This document shows positions 22,446 through 35,155 of a stretch of DNA of 64,000 nucleotides, piece by piece (position 1 is the stretch's first letter; each line of letters starts with the position of its first letter). The notes beneath the pieces are model-generated. The model was given only the letters and a program-made list of their open reading frames with translations, had not been told where the DNA came from and did no database searches. The position numbers and the translations under genes were made by a program. Source of the stretch: Emiliania huxleyi CCMP1516 (Eukaryota); assembly GCF_000372725.1 (NCBI RefSeq), contig NW_005201144.1, positions 1 to 64,000 of the forward strand, in the 5' to 3' direction.

Positions 22446-23812
22446 ATGCCCGCCTCGGGCTCCTCAACGCCCTCAACGCCCTCGCCCGACAAGATCTCCG
22501 TCACGCCGACGCGTCTCTCCCCCGGCGACAAGGATGAGGACTCGCCCAACAAGGACGAGGTCACGCTGCCCCGCGGCTGCAAGCTTGAGCTCAACTTCGA
22601 GAGCGGGCGGCTGCTCCTCAAAAAGCGCAAGAAGCATGAATTGCAGTGGCCCATGGGCGAGCTGACGCGCATCGAGGTGACGCACTCGGCGAGTGCCGGC
22701 GAGCCGTGCCTCAAATTCATGCTCGGCTCGAACGTCGAGCACCAGCAAAAGGCGCCGCCCGCCGATGTCGAGCTGCTCGATGCATACCACCGCGGCGCGC
22801 TGCGGCGAGGCACGAAGGTCCTCTTCATGACCGCCGCGGATGCGAAGCAGCTGTACGCGGCTCTGCGCGCGCACAAGGACGCCGGCGCCGCGTGCCTCGC
22901 CGACGCGCACGTGTGCGACTCGGAGCTGCTCGACGCGGCCGCCACCCTCGGCCGCCTCTCGCTCGGTGGCGACGCGCCGCCGAGCGGCGCGCCGCCGAGC
23001 GGCGCCGACGTGTCGCGTCAGGCGAGCGACGCGACGAGCGTCGCCTCGTGCGCGACCAGCGGCGGCGGCGCGCCGCGCGAGGCGCTTATCTTCGTCTGCA
23101 GCCCGACGCAGCAGAGCCTGCATCTGCCACACGCCAAGGACGAGGCGATCGACGTGGCCAACGAGGTGACGGCGCGCATCCGGCGCGGCGGCTCGCCGAC
23201 GGACCTCAAGCAGGAGCTGCTCGACGGCCACGGCGCGTACAAGTACTTCCTCTTTTCGGGCCATGGCGACGTGCGGCTGCCGCCCGTGCGATCCGCCGCC
23301 GCCGCCGCCGCCGCCGCGCCGGCGGCCGCGAGCGAGGCGGCGAAGGACGCGAGCGAGGCGCGCGAGGCGAGCCGCACCGTCACGCTCGGCTTCACCAACA
23401 CGGCGACGGGGCAGCTCGAGCTGACGCTGCCGACGACGCTCGCGGCCATGCTCGCCTCGCACGGCCTGCAGCTCGTCTTCCTCAACGGCTGCGACACGGC
23501 CAGCCTCGGCGCGCAGCTCCGGCAGCGCGGCGTGCCGCACGTCGTCTGCTGGCGGACCAAGGCGGCCGACGCGGCGTCGCGCACGTCGCGCGCGCCTTCT
23601 TCGCCGCCCTCGCCAAGGGGCGCAGCGTGGGCGAGGCGTATGGCGACGCGACGCAGTCGGTGCTCGCGATGGCGACGCGGCGCGGCGTGCCTTTGTTCAT
23701 GTTCTGCGATCCCGATGCGGACGGCGAGGACGCGAAGACGAGCCCGCCATATGCGGCCGGCGTGCCGGTATTACTCACGGTGGAAGGCGATGACAAGAGC
23801 TACATACACTGA
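22446..23812 (+). CDS. CHAT (caspase/HetF-like) domain protein, 1-bp frameshift near 23586
   Basis: Catalytic dyad motifs FLFSGHG and LVFLNGC; the C-terminus ARAFFAALAKGRSVGEAY continues in the frame ending 23812. Confidence 0.75.
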
Positions 23813-24049
23813 AAACAGGACCATAAATAAATAAATAAAACGGACACACCAAACAAGGGGTGGGAGAAGGACAGGGTCCCCACCTAAAAGAAAGAAAGAA
23901 AATACACAACCCAAGGGAGGGATGGGAGAACGGGTCCCCACCTGCGCCGAGATAGCAGGGCGTTTTATTTCTTTTTTGTCTTGCACTTCAGCTGGTTTTG
24001 GAGCGCGCTTGTTCGCCGCCGCCTTCGCCCTTCGCAGCCCACTCTGCTC

Positions 24050-26041
24050 ATGTTCATGTGGCCGCGGCCCCTCTCTGACGAGGCCGCCCCATCGGCTCTC
24101 TTTAATTTGTGGCTCGTGTTTTGCTACACCCTCTTCCTGCCGAGCGTCGCGTCACACACCTCTGCCTCAGCAGTGGCGCTTGCAGCCCACAGGCCTCCGA
24201 CCACACTCATCGCGGCGCAGCGACTCCACGCGACGGCGCTCGCCGTGGCGCCGGTGCCAGGCGTGCGCTCCTCTCACGCGCCAACGCTTCTTCAGCCAAG
24301 ATCGGGTCGCAACTTTCGACCGGTGGACTTTGGAGCGGACCCAACAGGCAGGCTCGACTCGACGAGAGCGCTGCAGGCAGCGTTGAACGCGCTCCTGTCG
24401 GTGGGTAGTCTCAAAACTGCCGCCTCGAAACTGGCATCAAACATCACAGACCTCGGCGGCGCGACGCTGGAGCTCGAGGGCGAGTTCCTCATTTCGCAGC
24501 CGCTTCTCGTCCCAGCCTTCTTTGGGAACTTCTACATCATGCGCGGCACGCTGCGCGCCTCCTCGTCGTTCCCCCGCAACGGTGTGCTCCTCACCGTTGG
24601 CAGTGTCGACTGCCATCCGTTCGACGCGCGCGGGCTCCCCGATGGCCAGAAGAGCTGCAATGAGGTGCCAGACTAACCATTCGTAGTGCCCTCTGAACGG
24701 CGGTAGTGCCCCATGAACGGCGGTGCCCTCTGGACCAGTAGAGTTGACTCCTCTCTAGTTTGTCAACGTGCGGGAGGTCTACTTTGACGCGGCGCACGTC
24801 GCTGCGGGCGGCCTGCTCGTGGCGTGCACGATGGGCGCCACCGTGGCCGACGCCTTTTTCTATGGCTTCCGCCGCTTCGGCCTGCGCCTGGCGGGCGGGC
24901 ACGAGGGGCTCATAACGCAGGTGTGGGCGGCGGAGTACTTCTGGTCGGAGGCGCTGCTGCCGTCGGTGATCGTCGCGAGGCTCAACTCGACGTCGGTGGG
25001 CGTTGTCGTCGACTCGATCGACAACGTGCTTTCCGACGTCATCGTGTTCGCGTACACGCAGACGGGCGTGACGGTCGACGGCTGCTGCAACACGCTGAGC
25101 GGAGTGCACGTGTGGAATAATGTGCGGGCTGCCGCGTCCGCGGTCGCGCGCTCCCCGCCCTACCGCGTTGTCTGACGCGTTGTCTGGCGCGCGCGCAGGC
25201 GCTCGCGGGCGGCATCGTCGTCGGCGGCTCCGTCTTCTCTCCGCAGGTTGCTCACCCACGTGCACCGGGCCTCGCACTTTGAATGCCGGGCCTGCTCCTG
25301 CCTGTCCGGGTGTGTGGAGATGCGAGGGCTGCCCGGCCCCTGCCTCACCACCCACTTACGGTGTGTGAAGTAGAAGTTTACTTGACCTCAGACCTCTCTC
25401 CGCAGACGCGGCTGCGCAGCTGCTACCTGGACTTCAACCACCTGATCGTGCACGCGCCTTCGAGCCTCACGGTCGAGTCCTCCTTCTTCCTCAACGCGCA
25501 CGTCGAGCTGCGCGCGGCGGCGGAGGGCGCGGAGCAGGCCGAGGGCGACGGCGGGGCGTCGCTCGACAACGTGATCATCCGCGACAATCTCTTCGCCGCA
25601 AAGAGCACGGGCGGCTACGCGTCGGTGAAGCTCAGCGGCTCGTTCGTTGGCGGCCGGCGCACACTCATCGACGACTCGGCGAGCAGCGTGCAGGACGCGG
25701 CGTGGCCGGCGCTGCAGCCTCCGCGCCTCAAGGCGACGCGCGCGTCGAGGACGCTCCACCTCGTCGGCGCGCGGCGGTGGGCGTTCGACTTTGCCGACGA
25801 GCTGCTGCTGCCGGAGATCGACCGCCTCTCCTACACGCTCGTCACCGACGACGAGAGCAGTTTCGTCCGCCACGTCGCCCGCCGACCCATCGGCACCACC
25901 GCCATCGTCGAGACCGACGCCAACGTCAGCGCCACTGTCACCATCTCCGTGGTCCAGGCGGACGGCGGCAGCATGTGGCCGCGCCGCGCGCCACCGGCGC
26001 AGCAGCACCGGCCGGAGCGAGACGGCCGGGCTCGAACTTAG
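24050..26041 (+). CDS. QRT3-like pectin-lyase-fold (polygalacturonase-like) protein, multi-exon
   Basis: FGADPTGRLDSTRALQAA, ITDLGGATLELEGEFLISQPL, GTLRASSSFP, GGHEGLI, DNVLSDVIVF, GVHVWN and PQTRLRSCYLDF match plant QRT3-type proteins. Confidence 0.75.
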
Positions 26042-27500
26042 ACGGCACGCTGCGTGGTCGGAGCCGAGTCATGAACTTGGACGAACACGCCTGCCAGGCG
26101 CGGTTAAAATTAAGGAGTAATCCTGGGAAGGGTAGGCGCCACTGCACTCCCTCAGGTAGGTCACCCACCAACACTCAGGTCAAGCAAAGCCGCCTCCATT
26201 CCACCCACCAACAGACTAGGGTCTAGAGCCGTGTATCGCGTATCGGCTATGAATCGCCCGAACGAAGTCGAAGATCGCGATACGCGAACACGAGGGGAGA
26301 GCGGGGTCGGTTGGTCGACCTCGCGTGCGCATATGCTACGAGTCCCAAGTATGCATATGCCGCTCGATATGCCGCGCACGCGCAGCCACCCTCTCCTCCC
26401 GATCCCGAGTCTAGCTAGATGCTTCCAGCGTACGTTTGCGCATGTCCCTGGCGTTGAAGAGGAGTTTGACGTGGAGCCTTGGCTATGGCGCCGGGCGATG
26501 GCCGATGCGTGAGGGCTGGTCGGAGCTGGGGGACTGGTCGCGCCGAGAGGAGATGGAGGCGGCGGAGGAGGAGACGCGGCGGGGCGATTGTTCTGATGCC
26601 TATGGGCGTCAGATCTCTCAGCTAGGCGAATTCTTCTGCGACTACTCGATGCTGCGGAAGGGGCATGCGCCGTCTGCGAATCACCCGCCTGGATAGGTCG
26701 CTCGCGCGACCTCTCCTGGATGCGCAAGGGGCCCATTCGGGGTGACGCGGAGGGAGGCGCTGTTGGCGGCGGAGGAGGTGAAGGAGGCCGCGCGGGCGGC
26801 GGAGAAGGCGGCGCGGGCGGCGGAGGGAAGGGCGGCGGCGGCGGCCGGGCGGCAGTCCCAACGCCGGCTGAAGGGTTCGTCCTCGCGGGGCGGGGTGCGC
26901 ACTGGTCTGCGCGCCGCGAGGATGAGGAGCCTGAGCCAGGGGAGGATTGGAAGGGGGGGCGAGGCCGGGGGAGTACGTCGGCCTCGTCGACGGCCCAACG
27001 CAGGGTAAATGTAAGCCGGATGGCTCACAGGCCACCTCTTGCGCACCGACTGACCGATCTACCGCACTGGACACTTCCGCCCCCTCGCTCCCAACCCATC
27101 CACCTCGCCGAGCCCGAGATATGCCGAGGTGCGCGATCTCGGGCCGCGCCGCGCAATCTCGGGCGATCTCGCGCTCTATCTCGGGCGATCTCGGGGCCGC
27201 GCCGCGCTATCTCGGGCGATCTCGGAGCGTCGCTCGCGCGGCGGCACACCTGCTCAAAAAAGGAAGGGCCCGGTTGGAGCCACGGGGCTCACGTGCTCGC
27301 TCGGGGCGCCGCCTCACTCTGCGCCACTTTTGAGGCGTTGAGCCCGCGACGGTGAGGCGGCGCCCCGCGCGGCGCGTTCCTCGCCCTCCACGCCGACCCC
27401 TACGCGCACCGCTCATCTCTTTTTTACAGGCAGCCCCCCCCCCCCCCCCGAAAGAATTGCGCGCTGATATTGCGGCGCGCCAGAAATTCACACGAACACA

Positions 27501-28415
27501 GGAGCGGCCGCACATTGCTCGGTACCCCCCCTGCACTTCTAAGCCCGTCCCTGCTGCTAAGGGGGGGGGGGGGGCACCCCCCCAAAAGCAAAACTCTGCT
27601 GCTTGGGGGGGGGGGCGGGGGGCGGGGGGGGGGGGGGTAGGGGGGGGGGTGGGGGGGGTGGTGGGGGGGGGGGGGGGCGACCCTGGGGGGGGGGGCCACC
27701 CCCCCCCAACACCCCCAACAACAGAGCGCACTGGACCCAGCTCCCGCCTCTTCGCCGCCGCCGCCCCCCTGGCTGGTCCATCGCGAACCCACTATGATTA
27801 TCGGAAGCTCTCCTCCAGCAGCAGAGATGTGGGTGTCTTCCGACAAATCAAGCAGCCCGACCGCCGCGAAGCGGGATGATAGCGAGAGGTGTACTCCGCG
27901 AGGTTGAGCGCTGCACGCGGTACTCGGCGGTGTCACAGCGTCGAGCAACACTCGGTGTCAGAGCGTCGCGCCAAATCAGTAGTCTCATCGCCGAGTGATT
28001 TCTGGCCTGTGGCGTATGACCTCGCGCGGATATCACCAACAACGAGCATGGTTGCGAAGATAGGGAACCATCTCTGATGGACTTGTACCGCCCGCTGTGC
28101 TCTCCGCTGTGCCACAGCTGCGAGAGCCGTACCTTCCCTCCTTGAAGCAGAGGCGCCACGAGGCACGAGAGGCGTAGAAGAGAGGCTGGCGTGCCCCGCA
28201 CCGCCCGGCTGGCAGTAGGAGGGCCCGCCGGTGAGACCACTGATTTTGGTGCCGACTATAAATTCTCGCTACTTGGAACGCATGCTACTTACAGCTGCTG
28301 TCTGTACAGAGATGCCAGCACCCCCCACAGGCAGAGCCCTGCTGCTGGGGGGGGGGGTCGGCCATGGGCTTAGGTGTGCCAGGGGGGGGTACCGAGCAGT
28401 GTGCGGCCGCGCTCC
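27501..28415. mobile_element. Putative non-autonomous DNA transposon with about 45-bp TIRs
   Basis: GGAGCGGCCGCACATTGCTCGGTACCCCCCCTGCAC at 27501 and its reverse complement ending near 28415; a solo end at 6029-6095; no TSD found. Confidence 0.5.
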
Positions 28416-28748
28416 AGACCTCTCGAGGAACAGACAAGGCGCTCCTCCGCGCTCCAGAGGGGTTCGGGTAAAAGTCGAGGTGTCGTCACCGCCGGTCTGT
28501 GTCTCCCGTGAACACTTTCTTCATCGAGATAGAGACCACCCGCCCTCCTCCTCCGCCGCCGCCCCACTCCCTGACCCACTCCCGCGAGCGCAAGTCCGCC
28601 TGCCTCACGCGGCGTCGGGTCGAGACGCCGCCGCCTCCGCCTCCGCTGCGCGACGCCGAGGGCGGGGCGGCGTGGGGCTGACCCCTCAGCAGGCGTCAGC
28701 CGGGCGCAGTGCCAGATGCGCGCGTCATGTCCTCCTCTCAGCGGCTCT

Positions 28749-30722
28749 CTATGAGCGCTGGGCCGCGTCCGCCGCCTTCCTTGCAGCGGCCGCCTTGGCC
28801 CTCGCAGCGGCCGCGCGCTTCGCCTTTGCGGCGGCCATCGCCGCCTCAGCTGCCGCAAGTGCCGCGGCCGCGGCTTCCTCCTCGGCCGCGGCTTCCTCCT
28901 CCTCCGCCTCTGCCTCCTCCTCCTCTTCCTCAGCCTCCTCGGCCAAGCGCTCCGCCTCGACCATCTCAGCTAAAGCCGCTGCCTGGCTCTCCGCCGTGAT
29001 GCCGAGCCGGATCCTCTCCTCGTGACAACTTTCGAGAAGCCTGATCAATCTCGCCTCCTCGGCCTTCTTCGCGGCCTCGGCTGCGGCTGCCTCCGACGGC
29101 ACCTCGGCACCCTCTGATGGCGCCTCTGCACCCTCCGCCGGCGCCTCGGGCTCCTGCGACGGCCCAGCGCCGCCGCTCCCGCCGCCCTTCTTCTTCTTCT
29201 TGCCCTTCTTGCCCTTGCCGCGCTTCTCCGCCTCGACCTCCGCCAGCAGCTCGTCGGCGTGCCGCGCCGCCTCCGCCTCCGCCGCCGCCCTCTCCGCCGC
29301 CCTCTCCGCCGCCTCCGCAGCCCTCGCCGCCTCCTTCGCCACCGCCTCGGCCGCCCTCTGGGCCGCCGCATGCTCCTCGAGGGCGCGCACGCACTCGGCG
29401 TTGCCCTCCTCCTTGGCAATCTGCAGCGCTGTGCGTCCAGCCGCCGAGCGCAGTTCCATGTCGGCGCCCGCCCGCAGCAGGCAGAGTACGGCCGCGGGGT
29501 GGTCCCAGACAGCGGCGAACATCAGCGCGGTGTTGCCGGCATTGTCCTGCCTGTTGATCTCCGCGCCGTGATGCAGCAGCAGCTCGGACACCCGCTCGTG
29601 GCCCAGGAGGGCGGCGAACATCAGCGCGGTGCTGCCGACGCTGTTCCGAAGGTCGATCGAAGCGCCACGCTGCAGCAGCGCCGCGGCCAGCCGCTCGTGG
29701 CCGTAGTAGGCGGCGTACATCAGGAGCGTAATGCCACTCGCACCCTCATCAGCGAAAGTCGCGTCCACCCGCCCGCCGCTGTCGAGCCACACCAGCACCG
29801 CCGCCTCGTCGCCTTGCTTAGCCACCTCCACGATCTCCTCGGGGACGGCGTCCTCGCCCGTTCCGCTCTCCACGCCGCCGGAAGAGGACGCGGCAGTTGA
29901 TGCCGCTGCCCCCTTGCCCGAGGCGGCATCGCCGTCCGCCCCTGCGCCGCCTGCGCCGACGTCCTCGGGAACAGGCCCGCTGCTGCCGCCCGAAGCGCTG
30001 CCTGCCCCCGCGCCGCCCGCCTCGACCGCCGCCGCGTCCCGCCTCTCCGCCGCCACCTCGCCGAGAAACGTCTTGACAGCGGCAACGCACTCGGTGTGAC
30101 CCTTCTCCTTGGCGATCTGCAGCGCCGTCTTGCCCGCCGCAGTGCGCAGCGCCATGTCTGCGCCCGCCCGCAACAACTGGAGCACGACGGCAGAACGGCC
30201 GTGGAAGGCGGCGCTCACGAGCGCAGTGTAGCCGTCGCTGTCCTGCAGGTCGACCTCTGCCCCGTGCCGCAAAAGCAGCTCGACCATGCTCTCGTTCCCC
30301 CTGAGGGCTGCGCACAGCAGCGCGGTGCAACCGACGCTGCTCTGCAGGTTTATCTCCGCCCCGTGCCGCAGCAGCGTCTCGACCACCTGCACGTGGCCGA
30401 TGGTGGCGGCGGCAATCAGCGCTGTAGTGCCGACGCTGTCTTGCGCGTTCGGCTTCGCGCCCCGCTTCAGCAGAAGTTCGATCAGCTGCTTGTGACCGTG
30501 TCCGGCGGCGATCAGCTGGAGCGTACAGCCACTCACACCGCGACGCACGCACGTCGCATCAACCCGCCCGTCCCCGGCGAGCCACGTCTGCACCACGCCC
30601 GCCTTGCCGTCCGCCGCCGCGGCTTGGATCTTTTTCGGCAGCGCGAGCGGCGCAGCCTGTGGCGTCGTCGAAGCGTGTCCGCGCCGGGAGGTGGCCGAGC
30701 CAGCTTTTGGTCGGCCAGGCAT
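28749..30722 (-). CDS. Ankyrin-repeat protein (paralog of 1475-3709), no U-box visible
   Basis: Two WL..GGRVDAT...G.TL ankyrin blocks, the KGKKGKKKKKGG...AGPSQE linker, and an E/A-rich coiled coil. Confidence 0.85.
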   Translation of the reverse strand: MPGRPKAGSATSRRGHASTTPQAAPLALPKKIQAAAADGKAGVVQTWLAGDGRVDATCVRRGVSGCTLQLIAAGHGHKQLIELLLKRGAKPNAQDSVGTTALIAAATIGHVQVVETLLRHGAEINLQSSVGCTALLCAALRGNESMVELLLRHGAEVDLQDSDGYTALVSAAFHGRSAVVLQLLRAGADMALRTAAGKTALQIAKEKGHTECVAAVKTFLGEVAAERRDAAAVEAGGAGAGSASGGSSGPVPEDVGAGGAGADGDAASGKGAAASTAASSSGGVESGTGEDAVPEEIVEVAKQGDEAAVLVWLDSGGRVDATFADEGASGITLLMYAAYYGHERLAAALLQRGASIDLRNSVGSTALMFAALLGHERVSELLLHHGAEINRQDNAGNTALMFAAVWDHPAAVLCLLRAGADMELRSAAGRTALQIAKEEGNAECVRALEEHAAAQRAAEAVAKEAARAAEAAERAAERAAAEAEAARHADELLAEVEAEKRGKGKKGKKKKKGGGSGGAGPSQEPEAPAEGAEAPSEGAEVPSEAAAAEAAKKAEEARLIRLLESCHEERIRLGITAESQAAALAEMVEAERLAEEAEEEEEEAEAEEEEAAAEEEAAAAALAAAEAAMAAAKAKRAAAARAKAAAARKAADAAQRS

Positions 30723-31311
30723 GGGAGCGCTCGTCGCAAAGAGAGAGCACACGGACGTTGCCGTTCCCAGGTTGTGGGGGCGCGGGAATAAAGAAATTAC
30801 ACCTAGTTTCATGCAACCAAGATGGCGATGTGTAGGAACTGCACTCAAGTCCGACCAAGCCTGGCTGTTCTTCGCCCTTACTGCGCCCCCCTGTTCGCGC
30901 GCGCGCGAGGCGTGCAGACAGGATTGCCAGGTGAGAACGAATGGCGCGGTTCACACGCCTTCGGGAGAGAGAGAGATTTTTAGCAATACCAAACAACTCT
31001 AACACTCACACGTTTTGTTTTGTCGCCTTCGTCATTTGTTCACCCAAGAGTTTGATTCGTTCGCGAAGGAAGGCCCACAGGAGCCAGCGGCACCCACCCA
31101 CACACACGCAAGACGCACCACCCAAGAAGAGACTCTCTCGCACCCACGAAACATCAAGGCATTTTTGCGCCGCCGTGGGGGTAGGGTGAACTCCTTAGGG
31201 CATTTCCCGTTTTTCACACACGGTCCGCCTATTTTGGCGCGTGTCTTCGGTGTTTTCCTCGCCGTTTCTCCGCCGAGCCCGACCACCGAGTCCCTACTTC
31301 TTCCTTTTTCC

Positions 31312-33541
31312 ATGTGCCGCGCAGCCGACCTCGAGAAGGGACTGCCGCCCAAGGTGCGCTCCCACCAGCCCAGACGCCTCCCTCTCTCTCCTCTCCTCAC
31401 GCGCTCGCCCTCGCACAGCTCCAACACATGGATCCTCGCCATCGTGATCGTCGCGCCTTGCACTGGCTCTCACGCACTCGGCCCTCTCACAGGCGCGCTC
31501 CAACACATGGATCATCGCCATCGTGATCGTCACGCTTGCACTGGCTCTCGGCCTCGGTGTCGGTCTCGGTGTCGGACTGAACAAGAAGGAGGACTCCACG
31601 ATCTCCACGTACTCCACCATCGCCGACGTCGCCTGCGGCACGAACGCCCCGGCGCAGTTCTCCACGCTCTGTACCGCGATCGCTGCGTCTCCCACGGTCC
31701 TCGCCGCGCTCTCCGCCGCGGGCACCTACACGGTCTTTGCTCCGAACAACGACGCGTTTGATGCCCTTCCAGACGGAGCGCTCGCCGACCTGCTCAAGCC
31801 CGAGAACCAGCCCGCACTCACAAACCTCCTGCTGAAGCACACCCTCGGGTCCAAGGTGCCGGCGGCGGACGCGCTGAACCTCGTCAACGAGCCTGTCGAC
31901 ACCCTGGCCTCCACCAACAGCATCGCGGAGAAGATCGTTGTCGACGGCAACGGCACCGCCGGGCCCGTCACCATCACGCCCGCCATCGTTGGAGGATCTG
32001 CTGAGGTGGTCGCCCCCAACCTCGCCGAGGCCGACAACGGCAATAGCGTGATCCACGAGATCAACAAGGTGATCGCGACGTGGTCCTACATGTCCATCGC
32101 CCAGGTCGCCTGCGACCCTAGCCTCGACGCCACCGTCGGCACGCTCTGCGCCGCGGTCGGAGCGTCTTCTGCGGTGGCTGACGCGCTCTCGAACTCCGGG
32201 TCCTACACCGTCTTTGCCCCAACGAACGGCGCGTTTGCTGCCCTCGACCAGACCTTCCTCCAAAGCGTGCTCGCGGACGATGCAACCGTCACCGCCCTCC
32301 TCCAGAAGCACGCCCTCGGCTCCGTGGTCCCAGCGTCAGTCGCGCTGACGCTCGAGAACTCCGCCCAAACCACGCTGAACGGAGAGGACATCACGGTCGA
32401 CGGCTCGACCGGCTCCGTCCTCGTCACGCCCAGTATCCTCGGCGGCCCTTCCACCGTGATCTCCGCCGACGTCCAGACCAGCAACGGCGTGATCCACGTC
32501 GTGGACAAGGTGCTCGCTCTGGCGGCCCTGGTGCCTCCCCCGTCTCCGCCACCGCCGGTGCCTCCCCCGTCTTCGCCGCCGCCGCCCACCATCGCCGACG
32601 TCGCCTGCGGCACGAACGCCCCGGCGCAGTTCTCCACGCTCTGTGCCGCGATCGCTGCGTCTCCCACGGTCCTCGCCGCGCTCTCCGCCGCGGGCACCTA
32701 CACGGTCTTTGCTCCGAACAACGACGCGTTTGATGCCCTTCCAGACGGAGCGCTCGCCGACCTGCTCAAGCCCGAGAACCAGCCCGCACTCACAAACCTC
32801 CTGCTGAAGCACACCCTCGGGTCCAAGGTGCCGGCGGCGGACGCGCTGAACCTCGTCAACGAGCCTGTCGACACCCTGGCCTCCACCAACAGCATCGCGG
32901 AGAAGATCGTTGTCGACGGCAACGGCACCGCCGGGCCCGTCACCATCACGCCCGCCATCGTTGGAGGATCTGCTGAGGTGGTCGCCCCCAACCTCGCCGA
33001 GGCCGACAACGGTGGTAGCGTGATCCACGAGATCAACAAGGTGATCGCGACGTGGTCCTACATGTCCATCGCCCAGGTCGCCTGCGACCCTAGCCTCGAC
33101 GCCACCGTCGGCACGCTCTGCGCCGCGGTCGGAGCGTCTTCTGCGGTGGCTGACGCGCTCTCGAACTCCGGGTCCTACACCGTCTTTGCCCCAACGAACG
33201 GCGCGTTTGCTGCCCTCGACCAGACCTTCCTCCAAAGCGTGCTCGCGGACGATGCAACCGTCACCGCCCTCCTCCAGAAGCACGCCCTCGGCTCCGAGGT
33301 CCCAGCGTCAGTCGCGCTGACGCTCGAGAACTCCGCCCAAACCACGCTGAACGGAGAGGACATCACGGTCGACGGCTCGACCGGCTCCGTCCTCGTCACG
33401 CCCAGTATCCTCGGCGGCCCTTCCACCGTGATCTCCGCCGACGTCCAGACCAGCAACGGCGTGATCCACGTCGTGGACAAGGTGCTCGCTCTGGCGGCCC
33501 TGGTGCCTCCCCCGTCTCCGCCGCCGCCGGCGGCCCCCTGA
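31312..33541 (+). CDS. Membrane-anchored fasciclin (FAS1) protein with 4 FAS1 domains
   Basis: YTVFAPNNDAF/YTVFAPTNGAF and VIHEINKV/NGVIHVVDKVL motifs, four in total; N-terminal TM segment; intron 31354-31492. Confidence 0.92.
31614..33530 (+). repeat. Near-identical 972-bp tandem duplication within the fasciclin gene
   Basis: Unit starts at 31614 and 32586; only a few substitutions seen. Confidence 0.9.
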
Positions 33542-33983
33542 TCGACGTGTGTGCTCTTTGAGGAGGGGGTGGGGGAGAAGCGCTAGTATGACCTCGGCGA
33601 ATAGCTCGAAACGGAGGAGGCGGCGCCGAGGAGTCCATTATCGTACTCCCACCGGTCGCATGAACGTCTGTAGACGAGCACGTACTGTTGCGGGGCGTGG
33701 GTTGAGGATTGTCAAGCGCGCGTGCGTTACCCAAGAGCCAAGTCCGTCCGTCCGGAGCCCCCTCCATGTGTCTGCGTGCGCTCCACAGTGTGCGTTGTCT
33801 ATTCCGGACGCTGACTCCGTGACTGAGCGGACTGCTGTGTACTACATACTTGTTGTAGATTCAAACAGGCGCGGCCACTCTCCACGATGCACGCGCGCGT
33901 ACACAGTGATCAGTGTGCACAATCCGGCTCGCTCGTTGGGACCCGCGCGGCCCCCCCTCCGGCCGCCCGACAGGGAATTGGTC

Positions 33984-34930
33984 TCACACCTCCACGTCGT
34001 CCGGCAGCGAACCGGGAGGGGCCTCGCCGATCGGCACCACCGAGTCGACGGTGCCGTCGCCCGTCGAGTCAATGGCCACCGAGTCGGGCACCTTGAAAGG
34101 GAATGGTGGGGTGGGGTGAGGTGGGAGGGGGAGAGGTACATTCCTCCACGCGCTAGTGGGTGGGGCAGGGGCCAGGCTATCCCTCTCACACCTTGTCAAT
34201 TGTGGTGTCGAGCAGCTGGCCCGGCGTCAGCCGCGTGAAGCAGCGCTCGCGAATGCGGCGCGCCTCCCCCCCCTCCATCTCCTTCGAGCCCGTGAAAGCG
34301 TCGTAGTACTTCCTCATCTCGCGCACGTCGTCCGGAGAGCCGAGCAGCACAGGCACCCGCTGGTGCACGCTCTGCGGGACCAGGTCCATGATGCGCGTCT
34401 TGCCGGTCAAGGCGAGGCCACCCGCCTGCAGGAAGGTTCCAGGAATGCCATCGGCGCCGCCTCGTACAGCAGGCGAAGCTTGCCGTTTGCATTCTTTGAG
34501 TCTGCGGGGTAGCCAAAGATGCCTCCGTAGAGCAGCGTCCGGTGCACGTCGCCAACCACCGACCCAATGTACCTCGCGGTGTAGCGCTCGCCGCTCTCTC
34601 CGTTGCCGTCCTGCAGGTCCTCGATGTACGTCCGCAGCGGCGCGTCCCACGTTGAGCGAGTAGATCGCCTCGTTGAGCGAGTAGATCGCGCCTCGCTGCG
34701 GCACCGCCACGTTCGGTTGCGTCAGTACACACTCGCCGATGTGCGGGTCAAGCGTGAAGATCTGCACGCCGGCACCGAGCGTGAGGGCGAAGAAGGTGGA
34801 GGAGGAGTAGAGGCAGTAGCCCGACGCGAGCCCGACGAGCGACGAGCCCGGCTGCAGTGTCGCTGCCATGCACTCCTCAGAGACGGCGTAGCGTAGCGAC
34901 GCCTTGACGATCGAGATGAGCGCGCTCGAG
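33984..34930 (-). pseudogene. FBP: Fructose-1,6-bisphosphatase (class I) pseudogene
   Basis: [23 protein letters not shown] and [13 protein letters not shown] motifs; N-terminal DPLDGS region absent; frameshifting duplications at 34650-34689 and about 34428-34445. Confidence 0.8.
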
Positions 34931-35155
34931 GCTCGCCCACCTACTGCCCCTGAGAGTTGGTTACCGAGTGGGATCAGCTCCCCCCCTTGGGATCGAAGCT
35001 TCCACGACCTCTCGCACCCAACAGCACAGGCGGGATCAGAGAGAGACTCCGCACCGGACACCGCCCGGGCACAGACCCCCTACCCGTCGGACTACGCCTG
35101 GACCACTCACAAAGATCTGCGATCGATTCTTTTTCTTGGCGCTTCAGTCACATTG

